A DNA stretch of 61,112 nt, counting the filler, from Hausera hauseri (Eukaryota), in assembly GCA_046269625.1 (NCBI GenBank). It is 10 parts of 10 records of this genome, joined end to end, with 100 filler letters (N's around TTAATTAATTAA, not from the genome) between each part and the next. Parts side by side here need not be neighbours in the genome. Positions count along the whole stretch, not along the records: positions 6,457 to 12,792 come from JBJURY010111654.1; positions 12,893 to 19,647 come from JBJURY010069439.1; positions 19,748 to 27,465 come from JBJURY010906755.1; 7 more parts are not named here. One strand, given 5' to 3'. Made by a program: the position numbers and the translations under genes. Position 1 is the stretch's first letter, and each line of letters starts with the position of its first letter. Below, one piece after another: positions 10,518 through 23,555 of this stretch. Below the pieces are notes generated by a model. It ran no database searches. It was not told the DNA's origin and was given only the letters and a program-made list of their open reading frames with translations.

Positions 10518-11475
10518 TTGGATACCACTTTTAACATATCCGTAACAGATGTCGATGAGGAAGAAAATGGACGTATCGATTTACGACTTTCCCCAAACGG
10601 TCAAGACCAAATCAGTACCGCCTTTACACTCGACATTGTCGAACAAATCGTCGGTCGAACACGTGCTCTAATCAAAGCAATTACCGCTATCGATTATGAC
10701 TATTCTCCTCATCGTACGAATTCAAAATCATCGCTCAGGACAGAAGCCGAAATTCCCTATCGTCAACAGCAACTAGTCGATTTCTAATACTTAATGTTAA
10801 TGACATCAGTCCAAAAATTGTATTTGTGCAAATATGGCGAAGAAATTAAAAATGGGTTTTCAATCGATGAAGAACCCCCAAAGAATAAAGCATTAGTCCA
10901 TCTGCAGGTCAGTGATGCTGATTCTCCAACAAGTCAATTGCAGTGTACATTACTGACTGCTAACAATGTTTTACTTATAGAACAAACGCAGTTTATCCAT
11001 CCAGCTAATTTGTATAAACAGTAAATTCTGAGAACGAATCAAAAAATCGATATATAAAGTATTGAATCGTTGTTAGTTGCTTCAAAACTATTTATCACTG
11101 TACAGTGTTCTGATCAAGATAATTTAAATCCATTAAGTACAAATTCTATTTAGTCAGCAGAAATATTTTGGTTACATTGCCGAAAATGTTTTTAATAACA
11201 AAGTGAATGTAAATTCCCCAATTAGTGCTACAAGTCGGGATATATTATTCAGTGCTAAAATTTCCTATCAATTGGTAAATATTAATAACAGCTATTTTGA
11301 TGCGAATTTTTTTTAATAAATTTCGACACCGGTCGAATATATAATTTGCAGTCTTGACTACGAGTCGAAATCCACTTATTCGTTTCTTGTAGTCGCTAAA
11401 GATTTCGGCCAAACCATTCGTCTCGGAGCATCGGCCTCCGTGATAGTAAGAATAAAAGATCAAAATGATAACGCA
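10518..11475 (+). pseudogene. Cadherin/protocadherin ectodomain repeats, disrupted
   Basis: ISVTDVDEEENG, NVNDISP, VSDADS, and LDYESKSTYSFLVVAKDFG...VRIKDQNDNA (DxE, AxDxG, DxNDN motifs) spread across frameshifts. Confidence 0.8.
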
Positions 11476-11744
11476 CGAGAACCAATCAAAGTACCGATTA
11501 GTGTAAATACTGAAGGATTTATGGTTATTCCAATTTTCAGAAAAAGTCAATAATTTCAGTTTTAAATCCGATTATTGGTCCAGTGACACTCAAGCAGTCC
11601 GATTTTAAACTTGACTGTTTTTGGCCCACGCGGGGTGATTTCGGAAGGTATTTGACAAAATTTAAAAAAATTTGTTTTAATAATACTCACAGTCGAACGT
11701 TGAGCATCGACTTTCTGTTTGTGTAAGTTTTCGGGAATAAAATT

Positions 11745-12792
11745 CTAACGGCTCATTGACATTATGTATATTTGGTGTAATATCGCATCAGTGGCTGTGG
11801 TGGAGGCATCGGTGTTTTGTATGCTTTCCGCGTTGGGTTTTGGGAAAGCTAAGATTTCAACGATTTTTAGACCTTCACGAAGGCGATCAAATTGGTTTAT
11901 CAGATCAGAAGTCCAATGGATTAGTTGTCTTTTCTTCCCGGATGAGAGGTATGCGAAAGGTTCCGTTAGTTCGAAGAAGTGTGTCACGTATTTGTGTACA
12001 AAATTTAGTGTCCCCAGAAAACTCCTTATGTTGGTGGTAGTCGTTGGTAATATGACATTTTTTAACTGTTGTAAGCGATCAGGCTGGGGAAAATGACCAT
12101 CGGCAGTAATTATGTGGCCTAAGAAGTTGATGCGTTTCTGGAAAAAATTTCATTTAGAGAAATTAATTTGCAGGTTGCTTTGATGCAATTTGTGGAAAAT
12201 AATTTGAAGGTGCTCATGATGTTGTTTGATGGAGTGGAAGCGACTAAAATGTCGTCTATGTATGGGTGAGCAAAGTCAAGACCTGAGAGTACGGTATCAA
12301 TATGGCGTTGAAAGGTCTGAGATGCCCTACGTAGGCTGAAAGGCATGAAGACGTATTCATAAAGGCAAAATGGTGTGATGACAGCAGTTTTTGAAATGTC
12401 ATCAGGTGCAGCAGAAATTTGATGATAGGCCTTATGCAGATCAATGGTAGAATATGTATTGGTGTTATTGAGGTTATAAAGGATGTCCTTAATGAGGGGT
12501 AGTGGATAAGCATCCATGATAGTCAGGTTGTTTACTTGACGATAATCGCCACATGGCCTATAGGTACCATATTTCTTTGCTACTACATGAAGTGATGAAG
12601 CCCAAGGAGAATTTGATCTCTGAATAATACCAGATTTTTCAAGTTCATTGAATTCCTATTCCACAGCTTTACGTCTGCGTGGAGACAAAGGTCTGAACTT
12701 TTGTTTGATAGGCCTCTAATGTTCTGTTACTATGTGATAATAAGTTGAGGATGGAATAAAGATGGACCGTGCATTTATCACATTGGATTAAC
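11745..12792 (-). mobile_element. Gypsy family B RT/connection fragment
   Basis: DAYPLP, TIDLHKAYHQI, PYIDDILV. Closely similar to the RT-connection region at 50200-51000. Confidence 0.9.
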
Positions 12793-12892
12793 NNNNNNNN
12801 NNNNNNNNNNNNNNNNNNNNNNNNNNNNNNNNNNNNTTAATTAATTAANNNNNNNNNNNNNNNNNNNNNNNNNNNNNNNNNNNNNNNNNNNN
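12793..12892. other. Artificial contig spacer
   Basis: N44-TTAATTAATTAA-N44. Confidence 0.99.
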
Positions 12893-14422
12893 CTTTCATT
12901 TGGATCGCTAGGGACTTTTCAAACATCCTGTATTTCCATATATTCCATAAATATAAATCTAATAGTTTGGTTTTCTGAATATCCCGAGATGATAAATTAA
13001 GTCACGAATTAACCTTTTTAGAAAAATGCCGAAATTGAAACTTTTTCAGTCCCTAAAAAATCGAATATGTACAAAATTTAGAACGTTTGCGCACAATTTA
13101 ATCCGAACGTAATTTCTGAAACAAGAACGAAAAGCAATTTTTGAAGAAAAATTTCATGTTTATTTCTTAGAATCTTCAACACCATGTATTTATAAACGAA
13201 AAGCATATTCAAACAACCATTACAATTTTTTGAAAACGTCTTAAACAAGCTTTATTTTTTGGTTAAAAATCATGTTGCAATATTCATTTGTACTTACTTT
13301 TATGTATTCAGGTTTATGTCATCAAAGCTGGACAAGAATATTCCGTTAAAATGCATTCGATCTTATTTGACACCATCGTTCCTTCACGGACAACTGAATG
13401 TCGAAAATTTAACCCACATGATTATTCAAGATGCTGAACCGCAGAAGCAGAAAGCTTACATCAAAGTGTGAAAATCAATTATTCACGCTTGGCACTCTGA
13501 AGCTCGGCTTCGGCTGCCGTTTCTGAACGCGGTGACACAAAACGAGGGCGGAAGTTCCTGCGCTTTTTATGCGAGCGTTCCTCGGATATAAGCGTCTGTA
13601 CATCTGCTTATTCTTAGAAACGGGTCAGCGGCGTCCTGACCGCGGACAGATTTGTCCCACACACACGGCGGGTCTCTGAATGTTGGAGTGTGAGTCAGGT
13701 GCAGCTTTTCAAGCAGCATCTGAGTTTCTATGAGTCAGACATCTGAAAGTCAGAATCTGCACCGTTTACCTGGGTGCTACAACAAAAATAGAACAGAATA
13801 TGGACACGCACACTCAAAAACGCATACTTTTATTTTCATCATTGTGGTTTATACGATCCAGATTATAGTTGAGCCTTTAAGGTAAGGATCGTTTTGATTT
13901 TAAAATATCCTTTATTCCAAAAGTACGTTAAATCAGATCCGGCGAATTAAAGATATCTGAGTATATCGAAACATTGTCCTTGAGTTTGAAATTTATTCTT
14001 TGGAATACAAAATATAGAAGTCTCTACGTAATAGCCATGCATTCGATAGATAATACCAGACGGTCATCAGAACAAAATGGTAACAAGTGTATATTTAACA
14101 CTTAGATTATATTAGTAGTAAGAATTATAATAATAATACAATGGAATCTAGATTCTACTTAAATATTTCTTGATTAGAGTGAGGACACATAGAATAAAGA
14201 TACAGCATTTTTGTTCTTGTTCAGTTTGATGTAATGATGGTGTTGCATGTTTAAATGAAATAACAGTACATGAATTTCTTTCATGGATTTTAATAATTTT
14301 TAAGTAAAGTTTTTCATTTATGAAGAGGGACAAAATTTGAGAAAACAGAAACATGGGGAAATATTTTTAAGGCCAGCAGCATTCAAGTTCTGTTTCTCAG
14401 ATGTGTTTAGTGTTTTTACTGT

Positions 14423-16540
14423 TTAGCTGTGGTGTGAACTAAACACTTTATAAAATCTGGGATGTTTTTTTTGATAGGTTTGGTGTTTTTTCAGTAGCAT
14501 CTTAATTTGTTGATCCACAGGTAACGATAACTTTCTGGCCCATTTCGATTGAAATGTTGGGGCGAGGTATTTTCCGGCCTTCGGGTTTTCCCATATATAC
14601 GGTTCTTCCAAGACTTCGCGTGTTTCTACGGTTTTGACGTAAAATACGGCTTCTTTGATCTGTTGATGGCTGCAGTACTCGGCCATAATCAGCATTTTGG
14701 GGTAATCACTTTGGGTAGCGTAATGAACATTCTCGTAATGAACATTTTTTCTTTCGTAAAATATTCACTTCTGTAAACATTTGAATTAATCCATCTGAAT
14801 TTCTCATATGTGTTTTGATTTTAACCTTCCTTCTTATCTGTTCTGATTTCGGCACATTTAATTTTGGAGATGTAGATCGGATTTCCTTTTTCTGTGCGAG
14901 AATTTCGGGTTTTTTACTTTTCTGCGAAGTTTGAATTTTAAGTTCCTGCGTATTCTTCAGTTATTTATTTTTATCTGCTGCATTCTTATTCTTCCTTTTA
15001 AACAAATAATTGTAAAGGGACAGTTTTCTCTTCGGGACAAATGCGAGTATTTCTATTTTCTGTCTTTTCGGGGCGTATTCTACTTGTCCTTTTCGGGATA
15101 TTTCTTTGGGATATTTGGTATTTTGAAATGAGTGGAGGTCGTTGCCTCTTTGTATTTCTTTTCAGGGTTGAATTGCGTGTTTATCATCGATTTTGCTCGA
15201 TATTTCTCCTGGGTAGAACTAAATCCATAGCTGGTGCTAGGTATATTCGCTTGTGTTTGGTCGGTTCTCGAAACAGTTATTTGGGTATTGTTTTGATTTA
15301 TGAGTTCAACGGTTCTATATGGAGAGTACGGTCTGTTGTGTTTTCGGTGCTTCTAACTCAGTTTTTCTGGACTAGTGGAACTTCTCAGGTTCTGTTCTGG
15401 ATTTGTCGGTATCCATTTGTGGTCCCAATTTAAAGCCACGTAAATATCAAGCAAGTACTGCGTTCGTTGGCTTGCGGTTAATAATTTGCTAATCTTGACG
15501 TGTCTACTATTCATTGCGTAGACCATTAATTTGAAATATCCGTTCGTAACTTTTGGCATTGGGTAATTCCTTTCTCGCAACGTCAATTTTGTTTACTTTG
15601 CGACCACGGGGTGTGTCCCTATCTCGCGCATTCCTACGATGCTTGAGCGGAGTATTCCTAACAGTTCAACAATCTTGTGGACGCGATATCCAGCGAGGAT
15701 GCATCCGTATAAACAATGCTTAATATCTTCACCTCGCGAGGGTTTCTTTGCGGATTCCTGTTGTATCATAGTACGTTTCACCAATCGCGTTTTCTAGGGC
15801 TAATAGTCTTGCAATATATTTCTGTTCCTCTTGTTTCTCGTATTGCAACTTCAATTGGGATCGCTTGCTTATCGTTTCGTTCTCGGCTACTAGTTGCTAT
15901 TATCCTCGTGTTTCGGGCATCTGGTACTAATCTGTAAGATTGTCGGGATGTTTCTATATTTTCTGATGATTGTTGGTAAAATTTCAAGGGCGGAAATTGG
16001 ATATAGGGATAGTCGTCATAAGTTACTTAGAACATGAGTTTCACAGGAAGCGCGGCTATTCGGAATTCTAACCCATAGTGACACATGTCTCCACTACATA
16101 GAAAAAAGTGCTAAATCTGTACTGTCTTCCATTATTAATGTTCCATGCCTGATCTTTTATTCGGTAATATATCTCACTGTCCGCTAGGTGGATATAAATG
16201 CTCTGGTGATGAATGGGTTCGTACTTAATCATTTGTTTTAAGTACGCCTTAGCGTCTTTGTTCTCTCGCATTGCATATAGATAAACAATACGGTTTTCTT
16301 CAGTAATGCGCTTTAAATTATTAGGAATCTCGGTTGTCTGATTATATTCTACATATGTCTTCTCATGTACCTCATCATTTATTTGTCTATAGATCGATGT
16401 TGAGTTCGGTATGTATACGGTTGTACGTTTCGGTAGGAACTCGTCGATACTATATCGCTCGGGTTCGTTTGTAGATTGTGGTCCGTCGATCCTATATCGT
16501 TCGGGTTCCGTTCTCGAGGCCTTTTCGTTACTCATCAATC
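14423..16540 (-). pseudogene. Decayed accessory ORF(s) of unknown function downstream of a Gypsy integrase
   Basis: Chain of co-oriented ORF pieces (16068..16538, 15778..15987, 15593..15784, 15353..15586, 14423..14695) with no recognised domain. Confidence 0.4.
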
Positions 16541-16637
16541 TAAAAAATAAATAGTAAGGGCTAATCTTACAACAAAGGATGGTCTTGAAATAAAACCATT
16601 TCTTTGTTTGATGATAGAATAACCCGCTCTGTAGTTG

Positions 16638-17800
16638 TCAGGTTATTTTATCATAAGGGTCAACAGTGGTTTTCAATTCCCTTAGTTCCCTTTCTGTCGT
16701 TTTAGGGCGTTTACAATGACCATTTTTGGCAGCTAATCGAAAAATCGCAATTAACATAATGAGAACAAACGTTGATAGTCCGATAATCGATAAGATTGGT
16801 AAGGTTGTTAGTCCCATTGGTGTTTGTGTGGTAATTGGAGCTGTAATTTCGTCGTTTATGCTTTTGTATACATGCGATTCTGGTGAACTTCATCTAATGT
16901 ACGTAATGTGAATGTTTGATTTTGTTTATCTCTTGCATACACTTGGATTATGTAATCTGACTGATTTTAATAAATTGCATTCTGTCTGGTAGTATTTTTG
17001 AGTAATGTCACAATTTGATTATTATATGTTCGGCAGTTTATATGTATATCATACTTTACCGTTTCTACGGAGAACAAAATCTTATATCGATGAGCCGAAT
17101 ATTTAATAGGTATACTTTCTAGATCTCTTTTCGGCGTTACTCCCAATGTAACGGTACTAATTTGAGTAGTTGGCCTTCCGGTTGTCGTCTCCATCGGAAT
17201 CTTCCATATTCTGTTTTCAGGGTAGTAACTTCGCAACCACATGCTTGATTGGTATACATCAAATCTCATCTTAAATTCTCGATTTACTGGCAATTTGCAA
17301 CACGCGGGTTGCACATTATGATGGACGGAACAGTATTCTATCTTCGGTGATTGTCCGTTTACTGCTTCGAAAATGACGCTAATTTCTTGCCTGAGTGTTA
17401 GTCTTGTTCTAACATCTATTTGAATGCATTGTTTCTTCTTATTTACCGAGATCTTTTCGATATTTTCGACTAACGTTCGTATATTTTGGTTGGTAGATTG
17501 TAGCAATTCGCCGAATTTTGCTTTGAATCGTATGTCTAAGGTAGGCGTAAAGAATTGAAGTAGTGGGTCTACTTCGATAATTACCTCAGATGAATCTGGT
17601 AGGTACAATCGGTAAGTAAGGACGTAGGTGCATCCGTAGTTTATGTCGCAGCATTCTGCGTAATCTCCTGGTTCAAAATCAGTTATTTACTTCGTTTCTT
17701 GCCTTATTGTGTAATACTACTCGAAAATTTTCAAAGTAATGATGTGGTCCCCAAGTTCTAAACCCAACGCACATAGTCCCGGGCGTGAAATAATAAGCCT
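16638..17800 (-). pseudogene. Type I membrane protein (env-like or receptor-like), disrupted
   Basis: Cys-containing, beta-rich ectodomain (ORF 16967..17608), a Thr/Pro stalk, TM LPILSIIGLSTFVLIMLIAIF (about 16740-16800), and a basic tail ending VDPYDKIT*. Confidence 0.6.
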
Positions 17801-18049
17801 TCATTGATCGTAACAGGATAGTGTCTTCTCATTTTTGGATCTCTTCAGCCGTTGGTTTATTTTTCTTTTGTATGTTTTTTGCTTTTAATCCACTCTTTCG
17901 AATTCCATATACGTCTCCTAACGTAGTTTCATCGTCCCATTATTGAGTTTGTGTTTTTGGGATATAAGAAGCAATTAGCGAAATTGCTAAACTATCTGTA
18001 CGTATGATATCGATTTAGCAATTATTGAGGAAGTTTTCATCTCGTTGTC

Positions 18050-18620
18050 GTAAATTGTAACGTTTATAGGGTCGTATGTCTGTCTTAACGACTCTGTACT
18101 GATACGACTTTTCTATTCTTATTTATGTAAACTGTGGTCGGTGTAATTTTGGTAATTTCGTACGGTTCTCTACCGGTTCGAATCAATTTTAATGACGCAC
18201 CTTTCTTGGCTACTGGGCAATGCACATAAACCCAGTTTCCTTGTTCCAAATCGTGTGGTTTCGCTTTCTTATACTGTTTTTTAAACTGTTCTTGATACTC
18301 TAGGGATAAGTCTTTGGCTACTTCCCAACATTTCTGTAGTCGTGTCTGTAACACTTCTGCGAAGTTTTGCTCTAAATCTTCAAGGCTGGCCGTATATGGC
18401 GTCATTCTTAAGTCTGTGGGTAACACAGCTTCACGTCCACACATGAAGAACGGTGTAAATCCTGTTGCCGGATGTGGCGTGGTATTAATGGCGAATTGAG
18501 TTCCTTCCAGAAATTCGTCCCAATCTTTTTGGTCTTTGGCTACTACTGTTGATAATATACGTATAACGATTGCATTGATTTGCTCAACTATTCCATTACA
18601 TTGAGCGTGACAAGCTGTAT
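18050..18620 (-). mobile_element. Gypsy integrase C-terminal half
   Basis: HAQCNGIVE..., DQKDWDEFL, NTTPHPATGFTPF, and a GPY/F-like tail (WVYVH...KL...EPYEI). Confidence 0.88.
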
Positions 18621-18624
18621 ATCT

Positions 18625-19647
18625 AATTTATCATGTTTGTCAGATGGATTGCTTACATCAACTTCAAAGACAACCTCATTTTCCTTAACTATCAACGTAA
18701 GGCAATTTTCCAATCAGACATTTAATTTATCCTCATCAAAAATCCATACCAAATTCTCAAATGGCAAAGGTTGTGATAAAGCTTAGCCGTACAAATTATT
18801 TACATCTATGTACAAGAGACTGGTGCTTTCATCTATGCTAACTGCTTATTTACAAATGTCACGGCACCGCGAATACCCGATTGAAAGAAATTGTACATTT
18901 CGGGATCTTGTAAAAGTTCAATCTTACAAGGACTTGATTTCAGTGCTGTTGTCCAAAATAAACTGAGAAAGGAAGCAAAGTTAACGGTCTCTAAACCATC
19001 CTGCAACTTAATCTCTTCTAAAACGTCAAATACATCAAGCAAGTATACGTGGAATTTCATGCATACCAACATATAATCCAAAAGACTGTTACACCTGTAT
19101 CTCGACCAAGAAAGTTGTGCTTCCTTATAATCGCCATCACTAACACTATTCCCTTTAGGTGGTAACTCAGAAATCGATTGAAAGTCACTAAATGATTTTG
19201 CTGCAGATTATGGAAAATCCCTTTTCCCTTAATGATATCAAAAGGAAAGCCCATTTCGTAAATGGATAGATGTTTAAATTCGAAGCTAGTCTTCAAAGAA
19301 GCCGGTAAAAACTGAAAGGAGTCTAGAAATCGAATAGAAACAGATTTTTTAGGTGAACAGCGTATCATTGCCTGCATAGTTAAAATTTTTCCGTTGTTTG
19401 TGGAATTACACTTAATTCCCAACTATTGAACTTACTCAATGTGTATTTTAATATATGATGATCATATCCACGTAAATTATGAAAAATAACAAACAAATTA
19501 CACTTAATCGGACGTGATAAATTGCATTTATTACAAGCTGGACCTAAGAATATGCAGATTACATGAGAGTGATCACGGACAAATTGAGCGCCATTTTCAT
19601 GGCAAAGGTAACATGCTGTTGCATTTTTAAACAAATTCCATTCAGAT
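18625..19647 (-). mobile_element. Polinton/Maverick (adintovirus-like) protein-primed DNA polymerase B fragment with endonuclease-VII-like Zn motif
   Basis: CYLC..VRDHSH..GPACNKCNL, FHNLRGYD, RFLDSFQFLPASL, KGIF, GIRGA, YIDVNNLYG; frameshifted. Confidence 0.9.
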
Positions 19648-19747
19648 NNNNNNNNNNNNNNNNNNNNNNNNNNNNNNNNNNNNNNNNNNNNTTAATTAAT
19701 TAANNNNNNNNNNNNNNNNNNNNNNNNNNNNNNNNNNNNNNNNNNNN
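19648..19747. other. Artificial contig spacer
   Basis: N44-TTAATTAATTAA-N44. Confidence 0.99.
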
Positions 19748-19821
19748 AGTTTGAGTCAGTTTCCTCTTTATAGGGCTCTGGGCAATAGCGGTCAATGCGG
19801 GATCTAGCTTTTATATAATAT

Positions 19822-20070
19822 CTAGGGTGCCAACCGCACCTGAACGTAACATCCACCTGGACGCAACATCCGTGGAAGGGGAGTTTGAAGGAACAAACTA
19901 CCTACCACTCGTATTTTGCATTCACTCTGACAGAAAAACAAGCCCAAAAAAGCAACTTAACGTTCAAAACAAGCCCAAAAACTCTCAACCCGCGGCTCAC
20001 ACATTTTGTAAGCGACTTTAGAAAAAAACAAGCCCAAAGTCGCTTATAATAAGTGGACTTGGCAACTATG
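19822..20070. mobile_element. Non-autonomous DNA transposon remnant (hAT-like)
   Basis: Imperfect termini TAGGGTGCCAA ... TTGGCAACTA, with internal AAGCCCAA repeats. Confidence 0.4.
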
Positions 20071-20899
20071 GCTAACACCACCAAGTAGTCACGTTTGCGA
20101 GGTTCTTTCAAAATAAAAGCTGATCTGTGTCTCCTGTTGGGTACAAACTCTGTACATAAAACACATGTTAGCACTGGAAGCTGTAACGGGACCAACATTC
20201 CTGCTCAGCTGTTTCCACTAAAATTTGAATCTCACCCCCATATCCAAAGAGTAGAGAACGTTTTGTGTTGGTAAGTTAAATAAATAAATAAAAACTCCCA
20301 TGTGTTTTTCATGTTTTGGTTCAAGTTGATTGAAGTCATTCTTGCAGGTCTATGTTCAGAAATGATTTTTAATGTCCGCCTGTGAATATGGATCCATAAT
20401 ATTTTACTTTTGTCACTGTTTTGTGGTTATTTGTATGTTCATTATGTGAGAATGTCAAATTGTTTTCTCCAAAATTTCCATTAATATTAAAACAAAACTC
20501 TTAGTTTCCAGTGACCAGTCTCACTTCAGGCTGACTGTAGAACACCTCCAGATGTTGCTCACCAAATGTCACCAAGATCTCATGTGGAATTTCAAAATAA
20601 AGGCCCTCCAAATTTGTACATTTTTTATTGAATTTTCCCTAAGTTGCCATGTTTATTGCTCGTTCTTCAGGATGTTGTAGAAACAGTGAGGGTAAGTACG
20701 ACTTTACCAGAAATCACATCATTACTGTGCAGAAAGTTTGTCTCATTGAAATGCAACATAGTTCAAGTAAAAACAGGAATGTTTAATTTAAAATAATTTA
20801 TATGTTTAATATTTTTAAGTGACAATAACCATTTGGAAAAATAACAGTTAAAATTATACATTAATTTCAGAAATTACATTTATAGCATTTTAACATCAA

Positions 20900-22720
20900 G
20901 TGTTTTATTTTTACAGGTGAATTTTGAGAATTACAAGAGCTTTGTGTTATTTGTCCATGTCGACCAAAATCACTGGAGGTTTCTGGTTAGTGTGCATAAA
21001 AATGATACTTATTGTTCTCTCAGAACATTTTAATTTAAAGTTTCATATTTTGATTTGTGCAGAAACACTGTGAACCACACAGTCTTTGTGGTGGATCAAG
21101 TTCAACAGAAGACTATTCAAAACCTGCAAAAACATTTAGGTAAGTATTTATTAACAGACAGAGGAGAAAAGTATAACTCTGAATTATAAATGCTGAGCTG
21201 GTTTTAAAATGATTTTAGTTGCTGTTATGGCCATGAAGGACAGATGCACATTTTATTCAAGTTTTATTCAGGAACATGCGTACATTACACATAAATGTTT
21301 TTTCACTGAAACTAAATGAATATTCAAACTTCTTCCTGATCATTTTGAAAGAGATTTAGTAACAACTTGAGTTCGACATATCATGCCAGTGTAAGGACGA
21401 CACGTGTTCCTTGTGTTATGGGACCTACAAAGTTTTATTTATTAAACATCAAATGTTTCTACAGCTTTCTGTTCATTTATAAAATAGATTTTCTGAATCA
21501 TTAAACTTAATTTCCTTCAAACTACTAATTGGTCTTGATTTGTTTAAAAACCCACATTTATCTAAGTCAACTGATCATAACGCTCACATTATTAAAATGC
21601 AGTCAGTTATCACACTCACTGTTAAAGTCTAATAGAAAATAAATCAGTAAAGTTCATTTAAATGTTGCTCATTAATCGTTCTTTTAATTGTAATTAGAAT
21701 ATTTACCTGATGATGTTCAAATCAGTTCCTACAACTTGTGTTTCTTGAACAATTTGTTTAAAATATTTACTAATTCTATTAAAAGCTGCAACAGAGTTGA
21801 CCTGACATTAAGGAGAGCGTGTCAGAAACATGTGATTGTGTGGACGTTAAATAGAAAGGAGGCGGCGTGCTGCAGCCGCTCCAACAGGATGGAAATAGCT
21901 GCTGGGACGTTGTTGTGATAGTTTTTAACTTTAAAGTTTGTGAAACTTCATCTGTAGGGCTTTTGTTAGTTGTTAACTGTTTGTACCTTTTCTTATGGTT
22001 TATATATTTTTTAGGTTGCCAGAGAAGTGATGAAGACGTTCCTGATGTTCCAGCCATCAGTTTTGAAAGATCAATACTGGAAATCATAAATAAAGAGGAA
22101 TGGGTCAACAGATACTGACTGAATCAGGTTTGGTCCTGAAGTTTTTATTTAAAAATTCTAATAGACTTATGCATTATTATCAAACAAGTAAGTGACTAAA
22201 AGTTGTTCACTTTGAAGATAATAATATTTAAACTACAAAGGTTGTTAAGAAGGTGAATAGGAGACGAATAATATCTGATTGGTTGAGCTGAGAAATGAAA
22301 AGACTGAATGTAATTCAAATAAGTGATAAAGTTCACAATCACATTTTACTCTTCAAGAGAGTGGTCTGTAAATAAATCAAACAATGATCTGTTTGAACCT
22401 TTAAGGTCAAGATGCAGGTGAATCCAGTCAGAAATGTTCTTTGTATAAAACTAAACACTAGAACACTACCTGACTGGATAAATGTGGATCCAGCAACACA
22501 ATTCCCTCAAAAACTACGTTTCTACTACAGCTTTACAAAGTATTGCTGTGTGAATGTAAAATATGTCATATTTAATTGTAATATGTTTCTTCTGAGTTTT
22601 TTGTCTGGCTCCATGTTACTTCATTAGTTGGGTCCATGTTTGGTTTCTGATGAACCGTGCACTGTGTGCACAGAAATCCACAATCAAAGTAAACACATGC
22701 AATGTAAGAACTTACAGGAA
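20900..22720 (+). pseudogene. Spliced, decayed Ulp1/SENP (C48) protease exons, probably transposon-borne, in teleost-like DNA
   Basis: Exon after ttttacag reads VNFENYKSFVLFVHVDQNHWRFL|gt. Later pieces are HTVFVVD and LQQDGNSC (the Q.DG.SC catalytic-Cys motif), with a Cys-rich piece near 22630. Confidence 0.55.
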
Positions 22721-23555
22721 GCAGCTTTATGTCATGATGTTTATCATTTTAAATTATTTAGTCATTTTTTACATTCAGATATTACTAACAGCTTTATGGT
22801 GAGAGTTACTTATAAAATAGTGTAAATTCATTAAAGTTGAACGTGTTAAGGAGATTAAAGGTCTATCATTCCTTGAAATCATCAGAACATCTGGTCATAG
22901 TGGATGTAGTTTTAGCCGTTTGAGTCAAACTGTACAGATGACCTTATGAACAATCTCAGATTATTTTGGGAGATCATTTGTGATCTGTTACCTCTTGAAA
23001 TATGTTTTGACTCTCAGCTACTGCTACATCAGCTGCAGTTCAGTATCTGACAGACTGAGTACTTGTGATTTTTGGTTCAATTAGCTGTGGTGGCCATCTT
23101 GAATAGGTTGACTCCCAAAGATAGATTTACTTACAAATATTACTTTTAGAGACTTTGACTCAAATCAATCGCTAATTTCAAAACATCATTTGAGAATGTA
23201 AAGGATGATTAAAGAATAATTTTCACCCAAATCAATGATATTTCTAACTTATTTAGCAGATCTGGTGAGACACGTGAGAAATGGTTCCACGAGCAGCGCT
23301 GAGGCTTGAATGAAGAAATCCTGGAACATGCCGGGTCCTGTTTGTAAATGAGAACTGGTTCTCAAACATTTCACCTGGTCAAATCAGATCAAACCAAATG
23401 TCAGAGAGAACAGTTTGAACAGTCTGTTGTGTTCTTGAGATCTATGTTCGTTCTCTAGAAGTGTTTCACAACATGTTTCTGTTATTTAGATCTTTACATC
23501 TAAGATCATCACATTTTTATGGTTCTACATATGTGAAACATTTAACAAAGGTTTA

